Shown one piece after another: positions 28,531 through 38,428 of a stretch of 64,000 bases of DNA. The position numbers and the translations under genes were made by a program. The DNA lies in contig CBDETK010000013.1 in assembly GCA_965242865.1 (NCBI GenBank), positions 3,936,001-4,000,000 on the forward strand, read 5' to 3'. The notes beneath the pieces were generated by a model. It saw only the letters and a list, made by a program, of their open reading frames with translations, was not told where the DNA came from and did no database searches. Source of the stretch: Candidatus Latescibacterota bacterium. GTDB taxonomy: Bacteria > Latescibacterota > UBA2968 > UBA8231. The first letter of the stretch is position 1. Each line of letters opens with the position of its first letter.

Positions 28531-30243
28531 ATGCTTCTGACGCTGGTCATCGGAATAGTGCTCTGTACAGCACATAGCAATCACGCGGAAAGACCGCCCT
28601 CGACCGCGCTGCGCTGCGGCACCCCCTACTTGCTCCGATATATGGACGAGATCACCGAGCACCAGCGTCTAAAACTCGTGCAGCACCGACCTAGCACTCA
28701 GCACAGCCTGTTGACGCCTTCCGGCCATTTCCGCGTCCACTACGACGCTGAGGGCAGCAACGCGGTTGATCGCACGGACGACGATGGCAACGGCATCCCG
28801 GACTACATTGACCTAGCCGCCACTGTCCTCGATAGCATCTGGACGTTGGAAGTCGAACAACTCGGCTACAACCCGCCCCCTTCGGACCATGGCTTGGGCG
28901 GAGGCGACGAATACGACGTTTACATTATGGATTTAAGTCGCGGGGGCTGTGGATACGGGAATGCCGTTTACGGCTGCACTTATCCCGGAACGTCCGATGC
29001 GGTCACCCACAGCTATCTCGAAATCGACAACAACTTCACCGACCCGGGCTACAAGCAGACCCGCGGGCTAGACGCCCTGCGGGTGACCATCGCCCACGAG
29101 TTTCACCACGCCATTCAGTTCGGCTATTATGCACACGGGGCCGGTAACTGGTGGCAGGAATCGACCTCGACGTGGATGGAGGAAGTGGCCTATCCGCACA
29201 TCGACGATTACCTCCAGTACTTGACCCATTTCCTCGGCGAACCCCACCGCGCCCTCAACTCCGGCCGTCTCGGCAGCCTCCACACCTACGGCTCTGCCAT
29301 ATTTTCCCACTTCCTCGATCAGCACTACGGCCCCGCGCTCGAACCCCTGATTCGGGAAGAATTGAACCAGCATCCACCGGAGCTTATCGCGTTGCGAGCA
29401 CGGGCGCATCTCAACCGCCTGATTTGGGAAGAAATCAAGGAGCACCAAAGCGTCCACCTCGATCACTTTGACCGCGTCCTCCGCCAAGTCGAGCCGGGCG
29501 GCCTCGGCAACGCCGTGGGCGAATTTGCCGTGTGGAACTATTTCACCGACAACCGCCACCGCGACCCATTCTACGCCGAAGGGGACAAATACCCGCCTGT
29601 CCCCACCCGCGACCTCGCCGTCGCCGCCGAAGCAGTAGTCCGCGACACCAGCCTGATCAATGGCACCGGCAGCGTCTATCTGCGTCTCCAGCCGCACCTG
29701 CGTCCGGGCGGCGTCGAGCTGTTCTTGGACGCCAACCAAGGGGCTTGGCGGCGTCACCTGCTCTTGATCGGCCCCGACAGCGTCGCCGTGCAAGCCATCT
29801 CCGAGCCGACGGTCCAAATCATCGGCTGGGATCAGTTCGACGAGATCGTCCTCGTCGCCACCTCAGCCGAGCGCACGGGCTTGACCTACCAGCACTTCTT
29901 TACCGCCCAGTTCGATCCCGACCTGATCGGCCCCGACCAATCGGCCCCCCTCGCCACCCGGCTCAAGCCCAACTATCCCAACCCCTTCCGCCCCGGCCAC
30001 CACCGGCACACCAAGCTGGCGTTTGACTTAGCTTTTCCCAGCCGAAAAACCCGCCTGTCGATATTTTCGGCCAATGGCGATTTGGTCTGGTGGAATGACT
30101 TGGGCGAGCGTCGGGCGGACGAATACGCCGTGCGGTGGGATGGGCGCAACGCGGCCGGTCACCCCGTCGCCAGCGGCATCTACCACCTGCTCCTCGAAGC
30201 CGACGGCACCGCCGCCAAGCGCACCATAGCGGTGGTGCGCTAG
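28531..30243 (+). CDS. Secreted zinc metalloprotease, tandem paralog, copy 2
   Basis: Same architecture; C-terminal half nearly identical to copy 1 at DNA level. Confidence 0.82.
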   Translation: MLLTLVIGIVLCTAHSNHAERPPSTALRCGTPYLLRYMDEITEHQRLKLVQHRPSTQHSLLTPSGHFRVHYDAEGSNAVDRTDDDGNGIPDYIDLAATVLDSIWTLEVEQLGYNPPPSDHGLGGGDEYDVYIMDLSRGGCGYGNAVYGCTYPGTSDAVTHSYLEIDNNFTDPGYKQTRGLDALRVTIAHEFHHAIQFGYYAHGAGNWWQESTSTWMEEVAYPHIDDYLQYLTHFLGEPHRALNSGRLGSLHTYGSAIFSHFLDQHYGPALEPLIREELNQHPPELIALRARAHLNRLIWEEIKEHQSVHLDHFDRVLRQVEPGGLGNAVGEFAVWNYFTDNRHRDPFYAEGDKYPPVPTRDLAVAAEAVVRDTSLINGTGSVYLRLQPHLRPGGVELFLDANQGAWRRHLLLIGPDSVAVQAISEPTVQIIGWDQFDEIVLVATSAERTGLTYQHFFTAQFDPDLIGPDQSAPLATRLKPNYPNPFRPGHHRHTKLAFDLAFPSRKTRLSIFSANGDLVWWNDLGERRADEYAVRWDGRNAAGHPVASGIYHLLLEADGTAAKRTIAVVR

Positions 30244-30296
30244 ATAGCAGAAGCCGTCGCCGTGTATCCGACGCTTTTGGAGGAGGTTGGCGGATA

Positions 30297-30326
30297 TTGA
30301 CACCCAAACCCCTACTTACTTATGCT
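30297..30326 (+). promoter_or_regulatory. Putative sigma70 promoter of vapBC, probably leaderless
   Basis: TTGACA (30297), 18-bp spacer, TATGCT (30321); ATG 6 nt after the -10 and no RBS. Confidence 0.5.
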
Positions 30327-30332
30327 TGGGAT

Positions 30333-30581
30333 ATGCGAATAACATTGACTATTGACGACGACATCGCCGCGCAATTAGAGGACATCCGTCGCAGCGGTAA
30401 GGGCAACTTAAAGCAAATCGTCAACGATCTTCTGCGCACTGGGCTCAAAGGAGCCAATGTCCAGCGACAGGCCCGCCATACTCACCGCACCAAGGAAGTC
30501 CGGTTGGGAGGTTGCCTGATCGATAACATTGACGACGTTGCTCAAGCCCTGTCCATTGCAGAGGGAGAAGACGCTCAGTGA
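30333..30581 (+). CDS. vapB: VapB-like RHH antitoxin
   Basis: MRITLTIDDDIA..LKQIVNDLLRTGL; GTGA overlap with the PIN gene. Confidence 0.82.
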   Translation: MRITLTIDDDIAAQLEDIRRSGKGNLKQIVNDLLRTGLKGANVQRQARHTHRTKEVRLGGCLIDNIDDVAQALSIAEGEDAQ

Positions 30582-31018
30582 GGCTGGTCGATGCCAACCT
30601 CTTGGTATATGCCCATGTCGCCGACTTCGCCCAACACCGCACTGCACTCGCTTGGCTCGACGACAAGCTAAACGACACAACGCCACTCGGCCTGCCGTGG
30701 TCCAGCCTGCTGGCATTTGCCCGTCTAGTATCCAATCCCCGCATTTTTGAACGCCCCGAATCCATAGAAATAGCTTGGCAACAGGTCGAGTCTTGGCTCG
30801 ACGCGCCCGCTAGCTGGATACCGCTGGCCACCAGCCGCCACCGGAAAGTCCTAGCCCAGTTACTTAAAACACAGGGCCTGCGTGCCAACCACATACCCGA
30901 CGTCCATCTCGCGGCACTCGCCATTGAGCACGGCTTGACCCTTTGCTCTACCAACACTGTCTTCGCCCGCTTTCCCGACCTGAGTTGGGAAAATCCCCTC
31001 GTCAACATAGAGTTCTGA
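30578..31018 (+). CDS. vapC: VapC PIN-domain toxin
   Basis: LVDANLLVYA, FARLVSNP, IPDVHLAALAIEHG. Confidence 0.9.
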   Translation: MRLVDANLLVYAHVADFAQHRTALAWLDDKLNDTTPLGLPWSSLLAFARLVSNPRIFERPESIEIAWQQVESWLDAPASWIPLATSRHRKVLAQLLKTQGLRANHIPDVHLAALAIEHGLTLCSTNTVFARFPDLSWENPLVNIEF

Positions 31019-31021
31019 ATT

Positions 31022-32953
31022 TTGTCTGCACCCCCGCGCCGCGTCTCCCTCCGCGCCATTGCCATCGGAGCCATCGGCTGCCTCGCCATCGCCGTGGGCG
31101 AACCCTTTGGCGTCTTGGTGATGCAAAGCTCGCCCATGGCCGCCGACTACTCGACCGGCGCGGCCCTCTGCTTGTTTTTCCTTTTTACCCTGCTCATCAA
31201 CCCGCTCGCCCAATGGCTCACCGGCTCCAGCCTGCACAGCGGCGAATTGGCTACCGTGTACATAATGATGGTCGTGGGGGCCGCCATTCCCTCTTGGGGC
31301 CTGACCATGAACCTGATCCCGCTCCTCGGCGGGTTCTTTTATTACGCCACCCCGGAAAACGACTGGGCCAACACCATCCAGCCCTATATCTCGCAGCTCC
31401 TCGTGCCGGAAGACAGCGCGGCCATCCAAAAGCTGTTTGAAGGCAAGGCCCAAGGCGAACGCATTCCTTGGGGCGCTTGGACCACGCCGCTTGTGGCGTG
31501 GAGCTTGTTTGTCGTCAACATGTACTTCACCACGCTGTGCGTGCTCGTCGTGCTGCGCAAGCAGTGGGTCGAGCGCGAGCGGCTCAATTTTCCGCTGGCC
31601 ACCTTGCCCATAGCAATGAGCACCCACGCCAAGGACCGAGCTGTCGCGCCCTTCTACCGCAATTACCTGACTTGGGTCGGCTTTGCCATCCCCGCGCTCA
31701 TCGGCTCCATCAACGCCCTGCACCGCTACTTCAACTTCGTCCCCCCGATCGACCTCAACCTCTGGGTGCCCTTTTTGCGCCGCTCTATCTGGGTCAACTT
31801 TCGCCCGCACTTTGAGGTCGTCGGCCTCTCCTACTTGCTCAACCTCGACATCTCCATGGGCGTGTGGTTCTTCGCCTTGCTCAACATGCTGGCTATCGGC
31901 TTGTGCCGCATGACCGGGTGGAACATCGGCCCGGAGCAGCCCTATTCTTCGCCTTCTCCGCCCAGCCTCGCCCACATCGCCCTCGGGGCGTTGTTCTTTC
32001 TCGTGCTATCCAGCTTGTGGAGCGGGCGGCAGCACCTCCGCCAAGTCTGGCGCAAGGCCCTGCGCGGCGACGACTCCATCGACGACAGCGGGGAATTGCT
32101 CTCGTACCGGGTCGCGGTCTTTGGCTTTATCGCCAGTTTCTCCCTCGGCCTGTTCGCGCTCTACGCCGCCAACATGAACCTGCCGACCGCCGTTGTCTTT
32201 CAGCTTTCGGCCCTCGTGATCTTCGTCGGCTTGGCTCGCATCATCTCGCAGGCCGGGCTGGCCTATTGCCGCGCTCCGGTGGCACCGGCCGTATTTACCG
32301 TCAACACGCTCGGGTCGTCGGCAGTGGGGGCTCCGGGCCTAACGGCGCTGGCACTCAACTTCCCGTGGTCGGCCGACATCCGCACCTTTGTCATGGCCTC
32401 GGCCGCGACCGGCCTCAAGCTGGCGGAAGTGACGCGCTTGGAGTATCGGCGCGTGTTCTGGGCCATTGCCGCGGCCATTGTCGTCACCCTCGTCGGCTCG
32501 GTCACCGCAGTTATCCACCTCGCGTACACCTACGGCGGCATCAACCTGAGCAGTTGGCAGTTCGGCTATATGACGACCTATACCGGCAATTGGATCACCA
32601 ACAACATCAACACCATGCAGCCCACCCATATTTGGCATCTATCCTTTGCCGGGCTCGGCGCGTTCTTGATGGGCCTGTTGACGTTTGTGAAAAACCGCTT
32701 CGTCGGCTTTCCCATTCACCCCATCGGCTTGGCCATTGGGCTGCCGCATCCCGTGCAGCTAATCTGGCCATCGGTCTTTATGGCTTGGCTGCTCAAGGCA
32801 CTCATTCTCAAATACGGCGGCCCTCGGCTCTACACCCGCCTGCGACCGTTCTTTTTGGGGCTGGTGCTCGGCGCGTTTGGCACGGCCGGCCTCTGGCTCA
32901 TCATCGACTCCTTCACCGGCCTAACGGGCAATCGGCTGATTACCATTACCTAG
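31022..32953 (+). CDS. DUF6785/DUF6784-type polytopic membrane protein (putative transporter)
   Basis: ELATVY, LRKQWVERERLNFPL, FPIHPIG, KYGG..YTRLRPFFLGL; many TM helices. Confidence 0.75.
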   Translation: MSAPPRRVSLRAIAIGAIGCLAIAVGEPFGVLVMQSSPMAADYSTGAALCLFFLFTLLINPLAQWLTGSSLHSGELATVYIMMVVGAAIPSWGLTMNLIPLLGGFFYYATPENDWANTIQPYISQLLVPEDSAAIQKLFEGKAQGERIPWGAWTTPLVAWSLFVVNMYFTTLCVLVVLRKQWVERERLNFPLATLPIAMSTHAKDRAVAPFYRNYLTWVGFAIPALIGSINALHRYFNFVPPIDLNLWVPFLRRSIWVNFRPHFEVVGLSYLLNLDISMGVWFFALLNMLAIGLCRMTGWNIGPEQPYSSPSPPSLAHIALGALFFLVLSSLWSGRQHLRQVWRKALRGDDSIDDSGELLSYRVAVFGFIASFSLGLFALYAANMNLPTAVVFQLSALVIFVGLARIISQAGLAYCRAPVAPAVFTVNTLGSSAVGAPGLTALALNFPWSADIRTFVMASAATGLKLAEVTRLEYRRVFWAIAAAIVVTLVGSVTAVIHLAYTYGGINLSSWQFGYMTTYTGNWITNNINTMQPTHIWHLSFAGLGAFLMGLLTFVKNRFVGFPIHPIGLAIGLPHPVQLIWPSVFMAWLLKALILKYGGPRLYTRLRPFFLGLVLGAFGTAGLWLIIDSFTGLTGNRLITIT

Positions 32954-33992
32954 CGCGACCTCCCGCGCCGTGATCAATGCCCAGCTTGATCGAGCGGTCG
33001 GGATGCTGGTTGATCTCCATATACGCGGCGGCCGCCTGTGCAAAGGGCACAATCGGGTCAATGAGGTCGTCGGCTTGCAACCGGCCCTTGACCAGCAGGG
33101 CCAGCGACTCTGCGCGGATGCGGGCGAAATCCCAACTCGCCTGTGGCAAAGGCTCGCTGCAAGCGCGGCTGGAGACGACCTGAATGCGGTTGCGATGCCA
33201 CTCGCCGGCCAAGCGCAAGCCCTGCTCGCCGTGGTAATACGCGGTCGAGACCACGGTGCCGGCGTAGCAAGTGGCGCGCAGGGCGTCTTCAAAGGCGCGG
33301 TAGGAACCGCTCGTTTCAAAGGCGATGTCCGCGCCGATTTTGTCGGTGTGCTGCTTGATTGCCAAGCCAGCGTCCATGGCCCCCGGGTCCAGCGCCAAGT
33401 CGGCGCGGTGGCGCAGGGCCGCGGCGCGCCGCCGCTCAATGGGATCGACGACCCCTACCCAACGCGCCCCGCACAGCCGTGCGGCCTGCGCCACCATGAG
33501 CCCGATGGCCCCCAGCCCAAAGACCGCGACGCGATCTCCCAAGCGCACTGCGCCATCGCGCACCGCGCCGACGGCAAAGTCGGCCGGGTCCCAATACATG
33601 ACGGCTTGCGGCGAGATTCCGGCTGGGGCTTTTTGCACGCGCCCCGCCGCTACGGTGTGGGTTTCGCGGATGGACAAATGCGCGAAGACCCGGTCGCCTT
33701 CTCGCAGCGCAGCAACCTCGGCCCCCACTTGGACGACCGCGCCCAAGCATATATTCCCGAGGCGGCGGGGGAAGCCATCGGCAGCCGATTCGCCGCGGCG
33801 GTGCAGGCGCAGGTCGCCGTCCCAGCGGTCGGATGCGTCGGGCGTGTCGGCGCGGAAGCCGCGCAATTCAGTGCCGTGCTTAACCGAACTGAAGAGGCTT
33901 TGGACGCGGATTTGGTCCGCGGCTAAGGGCGGTTCTTGGTACGAGCGGAAGACCGCGTGGCCGGGGCGGTCGGCGATCAATTCGAGCGGCAT
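32946..33992 (-). CDS. MDR (zinc-type) alcohol dehydrogenase family protein
   Basis: KHGTE, VFGLGAIG, FETSGS. Confidence 0.85.
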   Translation of the reverse strand: MPLELIADRPGHAVFRSYQEPPLAADQIRVQSLFSSVKHGTELRGFRADTPDASDRWDGDLRLHRRGESAADGFPRRLGNICLGAVVQVGAEVAALREGDRVFAHLSIRETHTVAAGRVQKAPAGISPQAVMYWDPADFAVGAVRDGAVRLGDRVAVFGLGAIGLMVAQAARLCGARWVGVVDPIERRRAAALRHRADLALDPGAMDAGLAIKQHTDKIGADIAFETSGSYRAFEDALRATCYAGTVVSTAYYHGEQGLRLAGEWHRNRIQVVSSRACSEPLPQASWDFARIRAESLALLVKGRLQADDLIDPIVPFAQAAAAYMEINQHPDRSIKLGIDHGAGGRAR

Positions 33993-34160
33993 GAGGCAAA
34001 CTCCTGTTTCGTGACATTGGACATTTGTGGGATGTTATAACGGTTGCCGAGTGACCAGACGCGATTGCGCGAGTCAAATTCATAGGGGAAATTGTGAGGG
34101 CGGCTCGCGTTGCAAACCAGACCGCTCACCGGCTCATCAGACTAACAAGGAGAATTGGCG

Positions 34161-34421
34161 ATGGCAAATGCAGGGCAGAACGATATTGTATTGGAGAAGG
34201 TCGTCCAACGAGATATTGAAATCCACAGCGGCGATCTGGTTTTCACCGGTACGCGGGTCCCGGTGGACAACCTCGTGAGTTATCTCAAAGGAGGGCACTC
34301 TATCGAGGAATTTCTTCAAGATTATCCCACGGTCGAGCGGTGGCAGCTAGAGTCTTATCTTGAGCTTTCGCCCCAAGGACTGGATTACTTGAGAGCGCAA
34401 GATGCAAGTGCTTCTCGATGA
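34161..34421 (+). CDS. DUF433 antitoxin-like protein
   Basis: HSGDLVFTGTRVPV..GGHSIEEFLQDYPTV; RBS AAGGAG. Confidence 0.88.
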   Translation: MANAGQNDIVLEKVVQRDIEIHSGDLVFTGTRVPVDNLVSYLKGGHSIEEFLQDYPTVERWQLESYLELSPQGLDYLRAQDASASR

Positions 34422-34728
34422 GGATATTCCGATCCGACTGAGACTGTACTTCCAAACAGTGGAAGTCGAAACGGTAGAGTACCGCGGCTGGAAAGGTCTT
34501 AAGAACGGCACATTGCTGCGCACCGCTCAAGAGCATTTCGATGTTCTTGTAACGATGGATAATAACCTCCCTGACCAGCAACCACTCCAACAATTCGATA
34601 TAGGCGTTGCGATCTTACGCGCTCCCAGCAAGACGCTTGAGGATTTGGCGGCACTGGTGCCCGAACTCGAGCGATTGATTACTAAAATCCGGCCTGGAAA
34701 TGCGGTGCGGATCTATCCTCCTGTCTAA
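34402..34728 (+). CDS. DUF5615 PIN-like toxin
   Basis: VLLDEDIP, GWKGLKNGTLL, LVTMDNNL..QQ. Confidence 0.85.
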   Translation: MQVLLDEDIPIRLRLYFQTVEVETVEYRGWKGLKNGTLLRTAQEHFDVLVTMDNNLPDQQPLQQFDIGVAILRAPSKTLEDLAALVPELERLITKIRPGNAVRIYPPV

Positions 34729-35846
34729 TGAACGCCTACCAACGCTTCGCCCGCCCCCTCCTGTTCCGCTGCGATCCAGAGCGCGTCCATGAGCAAACCC
34801 TCGCGCTGGGCGAGCGGATTGGTTCTTCTGCGCTGGGCCGCCATCTGCTTTCGCGTCTCTTTGCCTTTGTGGATGAGCGGTTGGCGACCCAAGTGGGCGG
34901 CTTGCGCTTTGCCAATCCGCTGGGCATGGCGGCGGGATTCGATAAAAATGGCCGGATGATCCAAGCGCTTGCGGCCATGGGCTTTGGGTTTGTGGAGGTG
35001 GGGTCGGTATCGGCTCATCCTTCGGCTGGGAATCCGCGCCCTCGGCTGTTTCGCCTGCCCTTAGACGAGGCCATCGTCGTCAACTATGGGGTGCCCAACG
35101 ACGGGGCTGCGGGCGTGGCGGCCCGCGTCGCTCAACAGCCGACCGCCGCCCCTTTGGGGATCAACCTCGTCGAAACCAATACCGGGCGGGCTGTCGCGCC
35201 GGACGCGGTCGTCGCCGAACTGGCCTCGGCCATCGCGCCCTTTGTCGGGCGGGCCTCCTACATCGCGTTCAACCTCAACTGCCCCAACACCTCGGCCGGG
35301 GCCAGTCCATTCAACAGCGGCCGTGCCTTGGGCGACTTGCTCCGCGAATGCGCTGCCATCGGCAACCTGCCGCCGGTCTTTCTCAAGCTCACCGCGCACA
35401 CCGACCCGGCGCGGCTCGATTGGATGCTGGAGACGGTCGATCTGTTTGCTTTCGTCAAGGGCTTCATCTTCAACCTGCCGCCGGGAACCAACTACCCGCT
35501 CAAGTCGCCAGCCCATCTCATCGCCGCCCTGCCCGGAACCTTGTGCGGCCGGCCCGTTCAGACCCGGATCGACGAAACCGTGCGCTTCTGGTACGAGCGG
35601 ATCGACCGCCAGCGGCACGCGATCATCGGCGTGGGCGGGATTTCATCGGCCGAGGACGCCTACCGCAAAATTCGCCTCGGGGCCTCGCTCGTGCAGCTAT
35701 ACTCCGCGCTGATTTTCAGAGGGCCGGGAATCGTGCGGCAAATCAACGCAGGGTTGGCGTGCCTGTTGGAACGGGATGGGTTTGCCCGGGTGGGCGACGC
35801 CGTGGGAATCGACAGTCGAGACACCACTAACCAACGCGGGCGTTGA
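34728..35846 (+). CDS. pyrD: Quinone-dependent dihydroorotate dehydrogenase-like protein
   Basis: DPERVH, NPLGMAAGFDKN, GNPRPRLFRL, NCPNT, IIGVGGI, GASLVQLY. Confidence 0.85.
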   Translation: MNAYQRFARPLLFRCDPERVHEQTLALGERIGSSALGRHLLSRLFAFVDERLATQVGGLRFANPLGMAAGFDKNGRMIQALAAMGFGFVEVGSVSAHPSAGNPRPRLFRLPLDEAIVVNYGVPNDGAAGVAARVAQQPTAAPLGINLVETNTGRAVAPDAVVAELASAIAPFVGRASYIAFNLNCPNTSAGASPFNSGRALGDLLRECAAIGNLPPVFLKLTAHTDPARLDWMLETVDLFAFVKGFIFNLPPGTNYPLKSPAHLIAALPGTLCGRPVQTRIDETVRFWYERIDRQRHAIIGVGGISSAEDAYRKIRLGASLVQLYSALIFRGPGIVRQINAGLACLLERDGFARVGDAVGIDSRDTTNQRGR

Positions 35847-36714
35847 TCTGCAAGTCCCACTTTCGCCAATAGTACTTGAGCGGGTCGTCCTCATCCCACT
35901 CGGCGTAAATGTGCTCCCAATCCGTAAAGTGCATGTGCGGCTCCAGCGAGTCGGCGCGCACCGGATGGCTCATGGGCTGGTAGCGGTAGTCGAGCGAGAC
36001 GCGCAGGCGGTCGCCGGTTTGGTTGTCTTGGCCCTGATGAGCGGTCAGACTGTGGCATATAAGCACGTCGCCCGCCAAAAAGTCGCCGCCCGCCCACAGC
36101 GTGTCCTCGGGCAGCGCGACCGCATGGCCCCCCGCGCCGGTCGCCTTTGTAACGCCTAATTGGCCCAGCTTGTGGCTACCCGGCGCCACCGCCAAACTGC
36201 CCAGCGCGGCCGGGCAGTCGCCGGCCGGAATCCAAGCGGTCCACGTCTCGTCGGTGCCGCCGATGTAGAAATTGTCTTGGTGCGGCGGGGTGGTGTGCGC
36301 GAGGGCGTTGGGAAAAATGACTCGGCAGATATTGCGGCTGTGGGGCAGGGCCTCCTCGCCGAAGAGGGTGGCGAACATCGCCAAGATCGCCGGGTGCAAG
36401 GCCAAGGCGTTGAAGGCGCGCAACCGCTGGACATCGATGTAAAAGGCGACCCACTCGGGCGATTGGCCTTCGATGAAAAGCTGGTCGTCGCGAGCGACTC
36501 CATCCATCAGGGACGCGCTGTCGTCGAGCCAGCCGTGCTGCTGACACACTTCGAGGATCTGACGGCGCAGGTCGAGCACTGGCTCCGGGGCCAGCAGCGA
36601 GCGGAAGAACAAATAGCCCTGCTCGGCCGCACGTTCGCGCAATGCGCTGGGCGCGGTGAGCAGGGGGGCGGAATCCACGAAAGGTTCGATGTTAGTCATG
36701 GTCTGTTGGGCCAT
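35827..36714 (-). CDS. Phytanoyl-CoA dioxygenase (PhyH) family protein
   Basis: TPPHQD, TAWIP, PGSH, HSLTAH, RVSLDYRY. Confidence 0.9.
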   Translation of the reverse strand: MAQQTMTNIEPFVDSAPLLTAPSALRERAAEQGYLFFRSLLAPEPVLDLRRQILEVCQQHGWLDDSASLMDGVARDDQLFIEGQSPEWVAFYIDVQRLRAFNALALHPAILAMFATLFGEEALPHSRNICRVIFPNALAHTTPPHQDNFYIGGTDETWTAWIPAGDCPAALGSLAVAPGSHKLGQLGVTKATGAGGHAVALPEDTLWAGGDFLAGDVLICHSLTAHQGQDNQTGDRLRVSLDYRYQPMSHPVRADSLEPHMHFTDWEHIYAEWDEDDPLKYYWRKWDLQINARVG

Positions 36715-36719
36715 TGTGA

Positions 36720-37178
36720 TTACTCCTCTGGTCTGTCTCTAAAGGCGTGTAGCGTTTGAATGTACTCGGAGGAAAGTCCGTGTTCGGTCGCTCCTTGGAT
36801 GACGGCGTTGAGGTATTCCTCCGAGGGCGGGTAGTGGTGTCCGGCGTCGAGGCGAGAAAGATACGTCCACACCGGGCCGATTGGGGGTATTTCCAACTCG
36901 ACCCGCCGGTACTTGATCCCCTCGCTTTCGTAGTGGTCGAGGCGGGAAAAATCGCGCTCGGTCATCGCGTACACCACGCCTTCGACATAAGCGTCCTCCT
37001 TGAGCCGGATGCTGGCCACGCCCATGCCGCCTCGCGTAAAGGAGATCATCGGAAAGCACAACTCATAGCCTGCTAGACGCACCACCGAGTGGAGACGGGC
37101 GCCTGGGCAGCGAGCTTGCATTTGCCGCCAGAGCAAGTTGGACCCATAAGCAAAGTAGAGCGAAAGCGAATTAGCCAT
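36720..37178 (-). CDS. Gamma-glutamylcyclotransferase family protein
   Basis: YFAYGSNL, VEGVVY, LDHYE, PSEEY. Confidence 0.88.
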   Translation of the reverse strand: MANSLSLYFAYGSNLLWRQMQARCPGARLHSVVRLAGYELCFPMISFTRGGMGVASIRLKEDAYVEGVVYAMTERDFSRLDHYESEGIKYRRVELEIPPIGPVWTYLSRLDAGHHYPPSEEYLNAVIQGATEHGLSSEYIQTLHAFRDRPEE

Positions 37179-37270
37179 GACCAGCCTCTTGGGATTTCAA
37201 CTAAGGTGGTAGGACTTTAATGTTTTATATTACTTCGCTCAACCCACCCCCTCACCTCCACGGAGGAATC

Positions 37271-38359
37271 ATGGCCCAACAACGCTTTCAACGCACCGCA
37301 CCCGGCGACCTGCTCCGGGTGGGAATGATCACCGGCCCCGGCGGCCACACCTACGGCATCTGGGGCGAAAAGATGAATCCCCCGCCCGGTTCCCTTCGCA
37401 CGACCGGCATGATGATGACCCACGCCTGGTGCCTCGACGCGGGGATGCGCCAACGCTTTGCAGAAAAGTACCCCGAGGTCCGCATAGTAGCCGATCCCCG
37501 GGACATGATCGGCCAAATTGACGGAGTGTATATCGACGACATCAACGCGATTTCGCTCTATCCCCTGTTGGCCCGGCCCTTTTTGGAAGCGGGCATTCCG
37601 ACCTTTGTCAATCGCCCCTTTGCCACCTCTATGGCCAAGGGGCGGGAGATGGTGGAAACGGCCGCCCAATGCGGCACGGCCCTGTTGACCGCCTCGACGT
37701 GGGAATTTTCCGAGAGCGCGGGCGACCTGCGGGCCAAAGCCGCGGACCTGCCCGACATCAAGGGCTACGTGGCGCACAACTCCATGAGCGACTACTACAC
37801 CCACGGCTTGCACGGGGTCTGGTACATCCACTCGATTTTGCGCGACGAGATCGCCAAGGGGCGGGGCCGGCTGCGCGCTGCCGCGTACCACACCCCCAAC
37901 TGGCGCGTACCCGGCGGGATGGTCGTCTATGAGCACGAGGGAGCGACGCGCCCGTACTACGGGGCGCTGCATCAGAGTTCGGGCGCCGATGGCAACGCGT
38001 ACATGCGAATTTTCGGCGACCACCGGGGCGACGCTGAGGGGCGGATTCCAGCCCGGGCTGGCTACTTCATGTACAACGCTTGGAACGCGCTCCAACTCGG
38101 TATTCAGGAAATGTTCGAGACGGGCCAGTCGCCGGAGACGGGCGAGCAACTCTTGGAAAAGCTGCTGATGTTTCTCCTGCCCTTTTACTCGGCGTTGGAG
38201 CGCGGCGGTGCCCTAGTACAGCGGGAGGACTTGGGGGCTTGGGAAGTGCCGCCCCCGTCTGCCGTGCTCATGGAAAACGGCGAGCCAACCGACAGCGCCT
38301 TTGCATCGCCCTACACCCCAGCCCAGCTCGAAGAAGCGACGCGGACGCTGGGTGGGTAA
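37271..38359 (+). CDS. Divergent Gfo/Idh/MocA-like protein
   Basis: RBS GGAGG; LRVGMI, ARPFLEAGIPTFVNRPFA, HGLHG. Confidence 0.65.
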   Translation: MAQQRFQRTAPGDLLRVGMITGPGGHTYGIWGEKMNPPPGSLRTTGMMMTHAWCLDAGMRQRFAEKYPEVRIVADPRDMIGQIDGVYIDDINAISLYPLLARPFLEAGIPTFVNRPFATSMAKGREMVETAAQCGTALLTASTWEFSESAGDLRAKAADLPDIKGYVAHNSMSDYYTHGLHGVWYIHSILRDEIAKGRGRLRAAAYHTPNWRVPGGMVVYEHEGATRPYYGALHQSSGADGNAYMRIFGDHRGDAEGRIPARAGYFMYNAWNALQLGIQEMFETGQSPETGEQLLEKLLMFLLPFYSALERGGALVQREDLGAWEVPPPSAVLMENGEPTDSAFASPYTPAQLEEATRTLGG

Positions 38360-38428
38360 TTGGGAATTGAGGTAGAACGCGCCTGATAGGCGATTCAGAC
38401 CACGGTACTGACTGAGGGATACAAAAAA

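Noticed and set aside
26652-30243. Diversity-generating retroelement TR/VR pair
   Set aside because: Differences are not adenine-specific, include indels, and no reverse transcriptase is present.
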